A stretch of DNA of 64,000 nucleotides from contig CBDBDQ010000005.1 of assembly GCA_965203905.1 (NCBI GenBank), positions 4,128,001-4,192,000 of the forward strand. Direction: 5' to 3'. Made by a program: the position numbers and the translations under genes. This document shows positions 1 through 8,935 of this stretch, piece by piece (the stretch's first letter is position 1; the number at the start of each line of letters is the position of its first letter). Origin of the DNA: Spirochaetia bacterium. Its GTDB lineage: Bacteria; Spirochaetota; Spirochaetia; SZUA-6; Bin103. Under the pieces are notes generated by a model. It was not told the origin of the DNA. It saw nothing but the letters and a program-made list of their open reading frames with translations, and made no database searches.

Positions 1-2192
1 GCGACGCGCTTCTTCTCCTGGTCCGGATCGGCGGCTTCGATCTCGCTTGCCAGGCGCTTCGCGTCCCGGTGACGAATGCCCTGCCGCAGTCGGCGTTCGA
101 TGTCGTCGTCGATCACCTTGGAGAGGCTGCCCAGCTCGCGCTTGATGGTCTGCGTCTTTCTGACCAGCACCTCCAGTACCCGGTCTTCGGCACGCTGCGG
201 GAGTGCGAAGTAGTGGCAGCGGACTTCCGGCGCCGGTTGCAGCTTGCGGTCGATGCGGCCGTTGCGCTGCTCGATCCGGCCGGGATTCCAGGGCAGGTCG
301 AAGTGGAACAGGTCGGTGCAATGCGCCTGGAAGTTCAGTCCTTCGCGGGCGGCATCGGTGGCGATCAGGATGCGCAGCGGATCGTCCGCCGGGGCCGCGT
401 TGAAGCGGCGCTGGATCTCCTTGCGGTTCGCGCCCGCGGTCTGACCGTCGATGGTCTCGATCCGCTCGTCGGCCAAATCGGTGCCGGCGATCGCCTGCTC
501 CAGCATCTCGCGCAGGTAGCGCTTGGTGCCGATCACGTTCTCGGTGAAGATCAGCACCCGGCGGTTGTTCCAGCGTGGCCGGTCGGGACAGAGGTGGTCG
601 TCGATCCAGCGGATCAGCTTGCGGGTCTTCGCGTCGGGCCGGCCGCGGGCCGCCGACGCCACCGTTTCCATACGGTCGAGGAGATCCTGTTCGGCGCGCC
701 ACAGCGCCTCGGCATCCGGACTCCGGCCCGCTGCGCTCTCGGTCGCGGCATTGATGGCCGCGATCTGGGCTGACTCCTCCGACGCGTTCTCCTCGTCCGT
801 GTGCTCCGCGCGATCGTCGTCGGCGTCGGGGGACGTGGCGAACCGGGATGCGGCCTTGGACGTGAACGCATCGCTGCCGGCGGCTCCGTCCGGGACATCG
901 CCGGACGCGAAGCGCTCCCACTGCTCGCGGGCGGTCTTGCGATGGCGCGACAGGGAGATGGCGAACGCCTCGATCGACGACAGCAGCTTCTGTTGCAGCC
1001 CCACCACGAGCAATGCGGCCGCGGCGCGGGTGCGCGCGGGTACGTCCTCGAATCGCGTCTCCCGGACGCTGCGGTACTCGTCGAGCAGCCGCGACAGCAC
1101 CAGCTCCGGCGCGTCGTCGGGCAGGCCGTCGATCACCACCCGGCGCACCTCGCGCTTGGGGAACTCGCCCTGAATCTCCCGTATGTCCTCCTTGATACGG
1201 CGCACCATGACGTCTTCCAGATCAGCCTTGCCGCGTACCGGCACGCCGCGCGTGAAGCGGTATGGGTCGAGCAGCTCCAGCAGGGTGGCGAAGCTGTTGG
1301 AGTGGCCGTTGTGGGGTGTGGCGGACAGGAACAGCCGGTGCTCGAAGCGCCCGCCCAGGTCACGGATGGCGCGGGTGAACTTGGTCTCGATGCCGTAGCG
1401 GCCGCCGCTCGACGGCGCCGCGTGGTGGGCCTCGTCCAGGATCAGCAGGCTGCCGGGTGACAGGTCGCCGAGCCATTCGCGCATGGGATCGGCATAGGCC
1501 GGGTCGATGAGCAGGTTGTGCGAGACCAGAAACCGGCTGTGCGTGCGCCACGGGTTGACGCCAAAGCCCCTTTCCCGGCGCACCTGCGCCAGGTAGGCGC
1601 GGTCGAGGATCACGAACAGCAGGCCGAACCGCTCCTCCATCTCCGCTTTCCATTGCTCCAGGACCGACGCCGGGGCGGCGACGACTACGGTGCGTGCCTT
1701 CTTGCGCAGCAGTAGCTCACGGGCGATGAGGCCGGCCTCGATGGTCTTGCCGAGGCCGGTGTCGTCGGCGATGAACAGGTTCACGCGGGCGAGGCGCAAC
1801 GCCTTGCGCAACGGCTCCATCTGGTAGGCGTCGATCTTGATGCCGGCGCGAAACGGCGACTGGAACAGGTTCGGGTCCGTGGCCGTGACGCAGTTCCAGC
1901 GCAGGGTGTGCAGGTACGCGCTGAAGTGGCGCGGCGGGTCGAAGCGCTTCTTCCCGAGGTCGCTCCACGCCTCCTGCTCCAGGATGCGACGGTCGATCTC
2001 GAAGTCCCAGTAGACGTCCAGGGTCTGACCCTGCGCATCGTCGTCGGCGCACGCCAGACTCACCCGTGCCGTCTGGCCCGTGGGCGCGTCCACGGCTTCC
2101 ACCAGCCAGCGCCGCGAACGCACCTCTACCAGTTCGCCGATGTGAGGCGCGCGGTTGGGGAGGTAGGTTGCCGGGCCGGCCACGAGGATCAT
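1..2192 (-). CDS. drmD: SNF2-family helicase, DISARM DrmD-like (5' part; continues beyond the left edge)
   Basis: Not in the ORF track because no stop lies in the window. Manual minus-strand translation from ATG 2192: MILVAGPATYLPNRAPHIGELVEVRSRRWLVEAV...QGQTLDVYWDFE...LRWNCVTATDPNLFQSPFRAGIKIDAYQMEPLRKALRLARVNLFIADDTGLGKTIEAGL...LLILDEAHH...SATPHNG. These are SF2 motifs with a DrmD-type N-terminus. Confidence 0.85.
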   Translation of the reverse strand, partial: MILVAGPATYLPNRAPHIGELVEVRSRRWLVEAVDAPTGQTARVSLACADDDAQGQTLDVYWDFEIDRRILEQEAWSDLGKKRFDPPRHFSAYLHTLRWNCVTATDPNLFQSPFRAGIKIDAYQMEPLRKALRLARVNLFIADDTGLGKTIEAGLIARELLLRKKARTVVVAAPASVLEQWKAEMEERFGLLFVILDRAYLAQVRRERGFGVNPWRTHSRFLVSHNLLIDPAYADPMREWLGDLSPGSLLILDEAHHAAPSSGGRYGIETKFTRAIRDLGGRFEHRLFLSATPHNGHSNSFATLLELLDPYRFTRGVPVRGKADLEDVMVRRIKEDIREIQGEFPKREVRRVVIDGLPDDAPELVLSRLLDEYRSVRETRFEDVPARTRAAAALLVVGLQQKLLSSIEAFAISLSRHRKTAREQWERFASGDVPDGAAGSDAFTSKAASRFATSPDADDDRAEHTDEENASEESAQIAAINAATESAAGRSPDAEALWRAEQDLLDRMETVASAARGRPDAKTRKLIRWIDDHLCPDRPRWNNRRVLIFTENVIGTKRYLREMLEQAIAGTDLADERIETIDGQTAGANRKEIQRRFNAAPADDPLRILIATDAAREGLNFQAHCTDLFHFDLPWNPGRIEQRNGRIDRKLQPAPEVRCHYFALPQRAEDRVLEVLVRKTQTIKRELGSLSKVIDDDIERRLRQGIRHRDAKRLASEIEAADPDQEKKRV

Positions 2193-2338
2193 TGTATGCG
2201 GAAGCGGGGTGCGTGGGCAGAGACCGCAGAGGACGGCAGAGGTTGCCGGTAAACCGGACGCGCCACTATACTTTCGGGGCGCGGCGAACTCCTTCCGGAG
2301 CGACGCCGGCGCCGCCACCTGAGCATCCGATTCCCAGC

Positions 2339-3265
2339 ATGAATATCGAGGTCTTCATACTTGGCACCGGCGGCATGATGCCGCTGCCCGGCCGCGGGCT
2401 CACGTCGGTGCTGGTGCGCCGCGAGGGCGACCTGTTCCTGTTCGATTGCGGCGAGGCCACCCAGATCGCCTTCCGCCGTCTCAACCTGCGGTGGAAGAAG
2501 ATCTCCCACATCTTCATCTCGCACACCCACGCCGACCATGTCACCGGGCTGCCGGGGATGCTCTCGCTCTCCTCCCAGGTGGAACGTTCCGAGCCGCTGC
2601 ACGTGTACGGCCCGCCACGGGTGCGCGCCTACATCGAGCAGAGCCTGCGGGTGCTGGACATCTACATCAACTACGAGATCGTGATCCACGAGACGCTGGA
2701 CAGCGGACCGCTGGTCAGCGGCGACGGTTTCCAGGTGCATGCCTACCGTCTGCGTCACTCCAAGCCGTGTCTCGGCTACACGCTGGTGGAGGATGAGCGG
2801 CCCGGCGTGTTCTTCCCCGAGCGGGCCGAGGCCCTTGGCGTGCCGCGCGGGCCGCTGTGGGGGCGGCTGCAGGGCGGCTCCTCGGTAACCCTGGAGGACG
2901 GCCGCATCATCGAGTCGCCGCAGGTGATGGGGGAGCACCGGCGCGGGCGCAAGTTCGCGTTCGTGACCGACACCGCAATGGTCCCCGGCCTGGACAATTT
3001 CGTGGCGGACGCCGACCTGATGATCTGCGAGGGGATGTTCTCCCAGGATCTACGGGAGAGCGCGCGCGACAAGAAACATCTCACCGCACGTCAGGCCGGC
3101 GCCCTGGCGCGCCGCGCCGGGGTTGGCCGCATGGGGCTGATCCACTACAGCCCGCGCTACACCGAGCGCGATTTGAAGAAGCTGTTGCGCGAGGCGCGGG
3201 CGGAGTTCTCCGGCGCGTTCCTCACCCGCGACCTGCAGGAGATTGCGATCCCGTTCCGCGATTAG
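2339..3265 (+). CDS. rnz: Ribonuclease Z
   Basis: LGTGGMMP, FDCGE, HTHADH metallo-beta-lactamase motif, GVPRGP flexible arm, TDT, KHLT, HYSPRY. Confidence 0.95.
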   Translation: MNIEVFILGTGGMMPLPGRGLTSVLVRREGDLFLFDCGEATQIAFRRLNLRWKKISHIFISHTHADHVTGLPGMLSLSSQVERSEPLHVYGPPRVRAYIEQSLRVLDIYINYEIVIHETLDSGPLVSGDGFQVHAYRLRHSKPCLGYTLVEDERPGVFFPERAEALGVPRGPLWGRLQGGSSVTLEDGRIIESPQVMGEHRRGRKFAFVTDTAMVPGLDNFVADADLMICEGMFSQDLRESARDKKHLTARQAGALARRAGVGRMGLIHYSPRYTERDLKKLLREARAEFSGAFLTRDLQEIAIPFRD

Positions 3266-3367
3266 CGCGATCACGCGTTCGCTACGTTCACAGGGTTCAC
3301 ACCCTGAGCCTCGCCGTCAATGCTGAATCTCTTGTATAGACTTGAGATGACAACTCCATCGGGTCCA

Positions 3368-3619
3368 CTCGCGAAATGGCGAATTCTTTGTGGGGTTTCA
3401 CGACTGTTGCGCCAGTTCGTGAATTCGGCAGATTGACTTCCATTGCATTGCCCTGCGACCCTGACTGATCTCATCAATTTGTTTTGTAAAAACGATTTAC
3501 ACGCGCTGATTCTATTTTCCTTTAGGAGTACGATCCACCGCGAAATGGCGAACTTCAGAGTAGGTTCGCGAACTTTCTGCGGATTCGCGACCTCTTCCGC
3601 CGATTCGCGACTTCGCGAG
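3368..3619. repeat. Dispersed non-coding element, copy 1 (TTCGCGAA-type repeat array bounded by imperfect inverted repeats)
   Basis: Colinear with 58696-58924. Ends CTCGCGAAATGGCGAAT / ATTCGCGACTTCGCGAG form a 15/17 inverted match. Confidence 0.9.
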
Positions 3620-3662
3620 AGTGTCGGTGCTCATGCGAGGGATTTGGGTCACAGGGGTGCAT

Positions 3663-3693
3663 TTGACATGCCATCGCGGTTGGCGGGTACCCT
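3663..3693 (+). promoter_or_regulatory. Putative sigma70 promoter of the beta-barrel gene (possibly leaderless)
   Basis: TTGACA-19nt-TACCCT, ATG 6 nt downstream, no SD. The spacer is long. Confidence 0.4.
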
Positions 3694-3699
3694 TGACCC

Positions 3700-4515
3700 A
3701 TGAAGAGTTCTCACGGTTTCCGAATCTCCATCTGCGCCGTTCTCCTGCTGGCGCCGCTGGCGCCGCTCTCCGCCCAGGTGGCGGACGGCCTGTATGCTAC
3801 CATCGGCTACGGAGTTGCGCTGCCCGCGGACACGTCATTCACCATCAACGACGTGCCCGCCGCGGAGGATGCCGACCCGACGGAGTTGCGCACGGGCACC
3901 CTCAAGACCGACCTCGGCTGGGTGGGCTTCCGCGCCGGAGCCGGCTACTCGATCAGCGGATTCCGCCCGGAGATTTCGTTCTCCTACCGCCAGCTCCCCG
4001 TGTCCGAGGTTTCCTACAGCAAGTTCTGTAATCCAGTTGAACTTGCTTTTCTACCTGATGGCTGCCTGCCCGAGGATATCCTGGAGGAGTTGAAGGTCAC
4101 CGTCGATACGGAGCAGAGCTCGGTTACCGACCTGGGCCTGCTGGCGAACGTCTCCTACGACATCGATACCGGCACCCCGATCGTCCCTTACCTCGGCATC
4201 GGCCTCGGGGCATCATCCATCACCGCGAAGGTGGAAGTGGAGGTGGAGGTGGAGCTCGACGTGCCACAGCTGGGCAAGCAACTGATCAAGCGTTCGCTGG
4301 AGCGGGAGGCGTCGCAGTGGGCGCTCGCGTACCAGGCCACCGCCGGTGTCGGCTACGCCCTGACCGAGGCGCTGACGATCGGACTGGGCTACCGCCTGGC
4401 AGGCGGCACCGAAGCCGAGTTCGACTGGAACACGGTCGATGATGACGTGATCGAGAAGCTGAAGGCCGCAGCCCTTACCCACAACATCGAGCTGGGGGTC
4501 ATCTTCAGGTTCTAA
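3700..4515 (+). CDS. Outer-membrane beta-barrel protein (Opa/OmpA-membrane/P44-Msp2-like)
   Basis: Signal peptide, amphipathic strands (GAGYSISGFRPEISFSY, LLANVSYDI, PYLGIGLG, LAYQATAGVGY), C-terminal ELGVIFRF BAM signal. Confidence 0.85.
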   Translation: MKSSHGFRISICAVLLLAPLAPLSAQVADGLYATIGYGVALPADTSFTINDVPAAEDADPTELRTGTLKTDLGWVGFRAGAGYSISGFRPEISFSYRQLPVSEVSYSKFCNPVELAFLPDGCLPEDILEELKVTVDTEQSSVTDLGLLANVSYDIDTGTPIVPYLGIGLGASSITAKVEVEVEVELDVPQLGKQLIKRSLEREASQWALAYQATAGVGYALTEALTIGLGYRLAGGTEAEFDWNTVDDDVIEKLKAAALTHNIELGVIFRF

Positions 4516-5824
4516 GGGATCTCGCCAAAATAAAGTGGTCGAAAGGAGTAGCCGATAATCTACTCAGACGTAGTGGACCCAATTCTCACCCAAGCGGTCA
4601 AGACCAAGTTCGCAGCCCTGAATCCATTGTTTGACGAGCGCCTCCGGCGCCGCTGGGCTGCGGTGGAGGCGCGCCTGCTGGGCCGTGGCGGCATCGCCTG
4701 TGTGGCAGCCGCCACCGGGATCTCGCGGACCACCATTCACGCCGGGCTGAAGGAACTGGATGCCGGCGCAGCAGCAGGGGCACAAGCCAACAGCGGACGC
4801 CAGCGACGACCCGGCGCAGGCCGTAAGCCGTTGACCGCCCGCGACCCGAAGTTGACACAGGCGCTGGAGCGGTTGGTCGACCCGGTCACCCGCGGCGACC
4901 CGATGGGGCCGTTGCTGTGGACCTGCAGTAGCGCGGCGCGGCTGGCCGAGGAACTGCAGGCGGCCGGTCACCCGGTGAGCGAGCGGACCGTGAACCGGCT
5001 GTTGCATGAGTTGGGCTACAGCCTGCAGGCCAACCGCAAGACGCTGGAAGGCACGCAGCATGTCGACCGCGATGCGCAGTTCAAGCACATCAACCGGAGG
5101 GTGCGCGCGTTTCAGGCTCTGCGGCAGCCGGTAGTTTCTGTTGACACCAAGAAAAAGGAGTTGGTGGGCGAGTACCGCAACGGGGGTCGAGAGTGGCGCC
5201 CGAAGGGCCAACCGGAGCGCGTCAAGGTGCACGATTTCGTGGATAAGACGCTCGGCAAGGCGATTCCGTACGGGATCTACGACGTGACCGGTGACACCGG
5301 CTGGGTGAGCGTGGGGGAGGATCACGACACCGCGGTATTCGCCGTGGAGACACTGCGGAGGTGGTGGCAGAGGATGGGCCATATGGCGTATCCACAGGCG
5401 CGGCGGTTGCTGATCACGGCCGACGGGGGCGGTTCCAACAGCAGTCGCAGTCGGCTGTGGAAGGTGGAGTTGCAGCAGTTCGCCGATGCCACGGGGCTGC
5501 GCATCTCGGTGTGTCACTTTCCGCCGGGGACCAGCAAGTGGAACAAGATCGAGCATCGGATGTTCTGTCACATCACCGAGAACTGGCGCGGGCGACCGCT
5601 GGTGAGCCGGCAGGTGGTGGTGAACCTGATCGGCCACACGAGAACCAGGAGCGGCTTGACGATCCGCTCGGAGTTGGACCACAACAGCTACCCGACGGGG
5701 CAGACGGTGAGCGACGAACAGATGCAGGCACTGAATCTGAAGCGCGATCGGTTTCACGGCGAATGGAACTACATGCTGACTCCCCGACAGTGACTAAAAG
5801 ACCAGCTTATTTTGGCGAGACTCC
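4516..5824 (+). mobile_element. ISAzo13-family insertion sequence, complete (1309 bp)
   Basis: 25-bp imperfect terminal IRs (GGGATCTCGCCAAAATAAAGTGGTC vs reverse complement of the right end GGAGTCTCGCCAAAATAAGCTGGTC, 21/25). TAA duplicated on both sides (4513-4515, 5825-5827). Confidence 0.92.
4573..5793 (+). CDS. ISAzo13-family DDE transposase
   Basis: RGDPMGPLLWT, HVDRDAQF, SVDTKKKELVG, LLITADGGGSN, HFPPGTSKWNKIEHRMF motifs. Confidence 0.95.
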   Translation: MDPILTQAVKTKFAALNPLFDERLRRRWAAVEARLLGRGGIACVAAATGISRTTIHAGLKELDAGAAAGAQANSGRQRRPGAGRKPLTARDPKLTQALERLVDPVTRGDPMGPLLWTCSSAARLAEELQAAGHPVSERTVNRLLHELGYSLQANRKTLEGTQHVDRDAQFKHINRRVRAFQALRQPVVSVDTKKKELVGEYRNGGREWRPKGQPERVKVHDFVDKTLGKAIPYGIYDVTGDTGWVSVGEDHDTAVFAVETLRRWWQRMGHMAYPQARRLLITADGGGSNSSRSRLWKVELQQFADATGLRISVCHFPPGTSKWNKIEHRMFCHITENWRGRPLVSRQVVVNLIGHTRTRSGLTIRSELDHNSYPTGQTVSDEQMQALNLKRDRFHGEWNYMLTPRQ

Positions 5825-5836
5825 TAAGGCTTCGGT

Positions 5837-6964
5837 CTAAGACTGGGCGGCGGCTTCCAGGACCCGGTAGCGGTCCGGATCGACGCGAAACGCCACCAGT
5901 TTCTGGCCGCCGTTGGCCATGGCCCGGCCCAGCGCCTGTTCGGCTTCGAGCAGCAGCCGGTCACCTTCGAGGTGCCGGCCGCTGCGGTCGCCGATGCCGA
6001 TGGCGATGCTCAGCCCGGCAGCGGCCGCCTCTCTGCGCCACGACTCCAACTGCGAGATGGCGGCGTCGAGATCGGTCTCCGGCAGGATGAGCGCGAACCC
6101 CGCCTGGCCATAGGCGAAGGCCAGCTCGGGCAGCGGTGCCAACTCCCGCACCAGGTCCGCCATGCGCGCCGAGCTGTCGTCGGTGGTGGCTTCGGCCGCA
6201 AGCAGGACGCCCAGCACGATGCTGAGGTCGGTCTGGTACGCGGCGGACCGTTCCAGTTCACCCCCCAGCCGCTCCATGAATTGGTCCGCCGGTTCCAGGC
6301 CGTAACCTGCGCCACGCTCGACGTGCTCCACGGCGCCGTTCTGGCCGGCACTCTCCTCGTCGATACCGTCCGGCCAGGGCTCCTGCGCTTCCGACGGTGG
6401 CCGTGGCGTGAGCGTCACGATCAGCAGCAAGGCGATGGCGCAGGCCAGCAGGAATGCCAGCACCAGGAACAGCGCGTCGCGCACGATGTGAAACGCGCGT
6501 TCACGCGACACCAGCCGGTAGGAAGCGGTCAGCGTCATGGCGGGGTCGCCGGCGAAGGGCGCGGCGTACATGGTGTGCAGGCTCGGCAGGTGCAGCCTCT
6601 CCGGTGGTCCCTCGGCGGGTTCGAACAGGCTCCGCGCCGGAGCATGGGCATAGAGCACGCCCTCCGGCCCGCGCAATATCATCGCCGCCAGCCCGGCCTC
6701 GCCCATCAGTTTCTGCGCCGCCTCGCCAAACACCGCGACATTGGCGCCGCCCAGCACGAAATCGGTGACCGTGAGACGCTGCCGCAGGAAGACGTCCGTC
6801 AGCTCGCTGTTGGCCAACTCGAAGTGGCTGGCCGCATTGCGATCACCTGCCTCACGCGCTACGTAGAGCCGGACCGCGAGGAGACCGACCAGGACTACCA
6901 GAAAGGCCGTAGCGGCGATTCCGAACAGGCGCCGCAGAAGTGCATGTTGGGAGAGGTCCCGCAT
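5837..6964 (-). CDS. Membrane protein with degenerate GGDEF-like domain
   Basis: Two TM segments. C-terminal ELERS...LSIV...YGQAGFALILPETDLDAA...IAIGIG...LLLEAEQALGRA resembles a cyclase fold lacking GGDEF. Start at ATG 6964 after a GAGGAAGG SD. Confidence 0.65.
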   Translation of the reverse strand: MRDLSQHALLRRLFGIAATAFLVVLVGLLAVRLYVAREAGDRNAASHFELANSELTDVFLRQRLTVTDFVLGGANVAVFGEAAQKLMGEAGLAAMILRGPEGVLYAHAPARSLFEPAEGPPERLHLPSLHTMYAAPFAGDPAMTLTASYRLVSRERAFHIVRDALFLVLAFLLACAIALLLIVTLTPRPPSEAQEPWPDGIDEESAGQNGAVEHVERGAGYGLEPADQFMERLGGELERSAAYQTDLSIVLGVLLAAEATTDDSSARMADLVRELAPLPELAFAYGQAGFALILPETDLDAAISQLESWRREAAAAGLSIAIGIGDRSGRHLEGDRLLLEAEQALGRAMANGGQKLVAFRVDPDRYRVLEAAAQS

Positions 6965-7045
6965 ATCGCCTTCCTCTATTGTCGACCGCTGCAGTACCCC
7001 GCTGGAGCGGTTCGAAGTCGGCAACCCGAAGGCAATCCGGGGGTG

Positions 7046-7987
7046 CTAGTCATCGAGGTCGAATTCCCTGAACAGCTTCTTGTAGGTAGAGAAGTGCCGT
7101 GACTGGGCGAATTCTCTGACCTTTTCCGGTGGCAGCGCATCGAGCAGCTGGTCGAGGTAGGCGAGCACGGAGCGCACGTCCTCTCGTACCGGGCCTCCGA
7201 CTTGCGCGCCGCCCGCCGTTTCCGGCGCCTCGGGAACCGGATCCGCCGCCGGCGGCGTTGCCGCGGGGTCAGCCGCGGGCGGCCCCGGTTCCGGCTCCGG
7301 CTCGGCCACGAGCTGAATGTCGCCTACCTCTTCATCCTCCGCGGGAATCTCCTGGCCGCCGGGTGGCGGCACGCTCGCCTGCGGCTCGTGCGTGACTTCA
7401 GCGGCGCCGCCGGCAGCCACCGGTGGAGGCGCAACGGCGGCCTCCCAAGGCGCGCCGGTATCGTGCTCCAACTCCTCCAGGGTGATAACGGGAGGATCGT
7501 CACCTGACTCGGCGTCGAACGTCGGCGCCGCCGGGGGAGCCGGGTCGGCAGGTGCGGCAGCGGGGCCCGGGCCTGCGCCAGCCCAGCCGCGAAGCTCCGC
7601 GAGCTGCTGTCCGACCGCCTTCAGATCGGCGTTCAGGGAGGAGAGCTGGCGTTCCAGCTTTGCCAGGGCAGCGGTGGTTGCTTGCGGGTCGCCGGCCACC
7701 GGCCCGGCCGTGGCAGCCGCCGGGGCGGCGGCAACGCGTTCGCGCTCGGCGAGCTGGTCGAGCAGCTGTTCTTCGGCTTCGGTCAGATCCTGGACGGCCC
7801 TGCTGTCCGGCTCCTGGTGGGCGCCGCCGTTGTCCGCTGCGTCAGTCATGGGCGACGACTCGGCGAACGGCAATGGTTCGGGGGCTACGGTCACCCAGTC
7901 ACCGTAGGCTTCCAGATTGGCCTGGTCTGGGTCGCCGTGCGATGGCCGGTTCGGGGCGGCATCGGTGGCATTGGTATTGTGCTCCAT
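7046..7987 (-). CDS. Acidic low-complexity hypothetical protein with spirochaete-type conserved C-terminus
   Basis: Short coiled coil plus C-terminal VRSVLAYLDQLLDALPPEKVREFAQSRHFSTYKKLF. Confidence 0.7.
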   Translation of the reverse strand: MEHNTNATDAAPNRPSHGDPDQANLEAYGDWVTVAPEPLPFAESSPMTDAADNGGAHQEPDSRAVQDLTEAEEQLLDQLAERERVAAAPAAATAGPVAGDPQATTAALAKLERQLSSLNADLKAVGQQLAELRGWAGAGPGPAAAPADPAPPAAPTFDAESGDDPPVITLEELEHDTGAPWEAAVAPPPVAAGGAAEVTHEPQASVPPPGGQEIPAEDEEVGDIQLVAEPEPEPGPPAADPAATPPAADPVPEAPETAGGAQVGGPVREDVRSVLAYLDQLLDALPPEKVREFAQSRHFSTYKKLFREFDLDD

Positions 7988-8085
7988 AAGTTCAACCCGG
8001 TGCCTATAATATCGGCCGTGCGCCGGCGCAATATGATCCTGGACCGATTCAAGGCGTGCCACGGGACTGCCGTGTCTATCAATGA

Positions 8086-8922
8086 GTGAGTGTTCCGCGT
8101 CTGTTTTACTGTACCGTCGCCGGTCTCGTGGTAGCGACCCTGCTGTCCTTCCTGTTCGGCGCGTCAGGGCTGCTCAATTATCACCGATTGCAGGCGTACG
8201 AACGGCGCGTGGCAACCGGTATCGCAGTCCTTGAAGAGCGCCACGCCGACCTGGAGCGCCTTGCGAACCTGCTGCGAACCGAGCCTGAGCTGCTGCGCCT
8301 GCTGGCGCGTGACAGCGGCTACTATCGCGCGGACGAAATGGTGATCAGGGTCGGGCCGCAACCGCGCGCTGCCGCCGCCTCACCCTACGCTCCCGACTTC
8401 TCGGACGTTGGCCCGCTCATGCAGCCCAAGCTTCCGGTACCCCGCGACCCGTTCAACGTGCTTGCCTTGGGCCTGTTCCTCGGCCTGGGGCTGTTCGCGG
8501 GGCTCACCGTCAAGCGGATGCTGCTGCGCCGCGCGGAACAGGCGGACGGCGCGCACAGCGCGGGCGGCACGCAGAGCGCGGGCGGCGCCACGGACCCGGA
8601 TGCGGTAGCCGGCAGCGTCGAGGATGCGTTCCCGGCTGCCGCCTGGTCCGACGCCGAGCTGGCACGTGGCGATGTCACCGCGGAGGCAACCCCTGACGGC
8701 GTGGCGGCGCCGCCGCCGGCTCCCGGCTCCAACGGTCCGCTGCTGCGGGCCGACGCGGCTGAGATTGTGGCTGAGGATGTCGCCGCAGGCGGCGACGCCG
8801 GGACCCAGAGCGCGGCGGGCTCAGCGCAGGCCGCGGGCGACGGCGGAGTGGAGCAGGGGCCACGCCGCAAGCGCCGCCGCGGGCGCCAGCGCCGCGGCGA
8901 AATCACGGTATACCGGTTGTAG
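8086..8922 (+). CDS. Septum formation initiator (FtsB/DivIC-like) with long tail
   Basis: TM-FGASG-coiled coil-LARDSGYYRADE pattern typical of FtsB. Confidence 0.7.
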   Translation: MSVPRLFYCTVAGLVVATLLSFLFGASGLLNYHRLQAYERRVATGIAVLEERHADLERLANLLRTEPELLRLLARDSGYYRADEMVIRVGPQPRAAAASPYAPDFSDVGPLMQPKLPVPRDPFNVLALGLFLGLGLFAGLTVKRMLLRRAEQADGAHSAGGTQSAGGATDPDAVAGSVEDAFPAAAWSDAELARGDVTAEATPDGVAAPPPAPGSNGPLLRADAAEIVAEDVAAGGDAGTQSAAGSAQAAGDGGVEQGPRRKRRRGRQRRGEITVYRL

Positions 8923-8935
8923 CGATGGTGGCGAC

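Noticed and set aside
69-2052. Plus-strand ORFs (234 aa, 216 aa, 219 aa)
   Set aside because: Antisense shadows of the minus-strand DrmD-like gene; no independent motifs.
3368-3619. CRISPR array or riboswitch interpretation of the repeat element
   Set aside because: The repeats are short, irregularly spaced and lack unique spacers; no cas genes; the element lies upstream of the predicted promoter and matches no riboswitch consensus I recognise.
3643-3661. Sigma54 -24/-12 promoter after the element (GG-N10-GC)
   Set aside because: Poor match to TGGCAC-N5-TTGC, and the spacing is not conserved in copy 2.
8545-8830. Repeated AGCGCGGGCGGC motifs in the ftsB-like tail
   Set aside because: Low-complexity Ala/Gly coding sequence.
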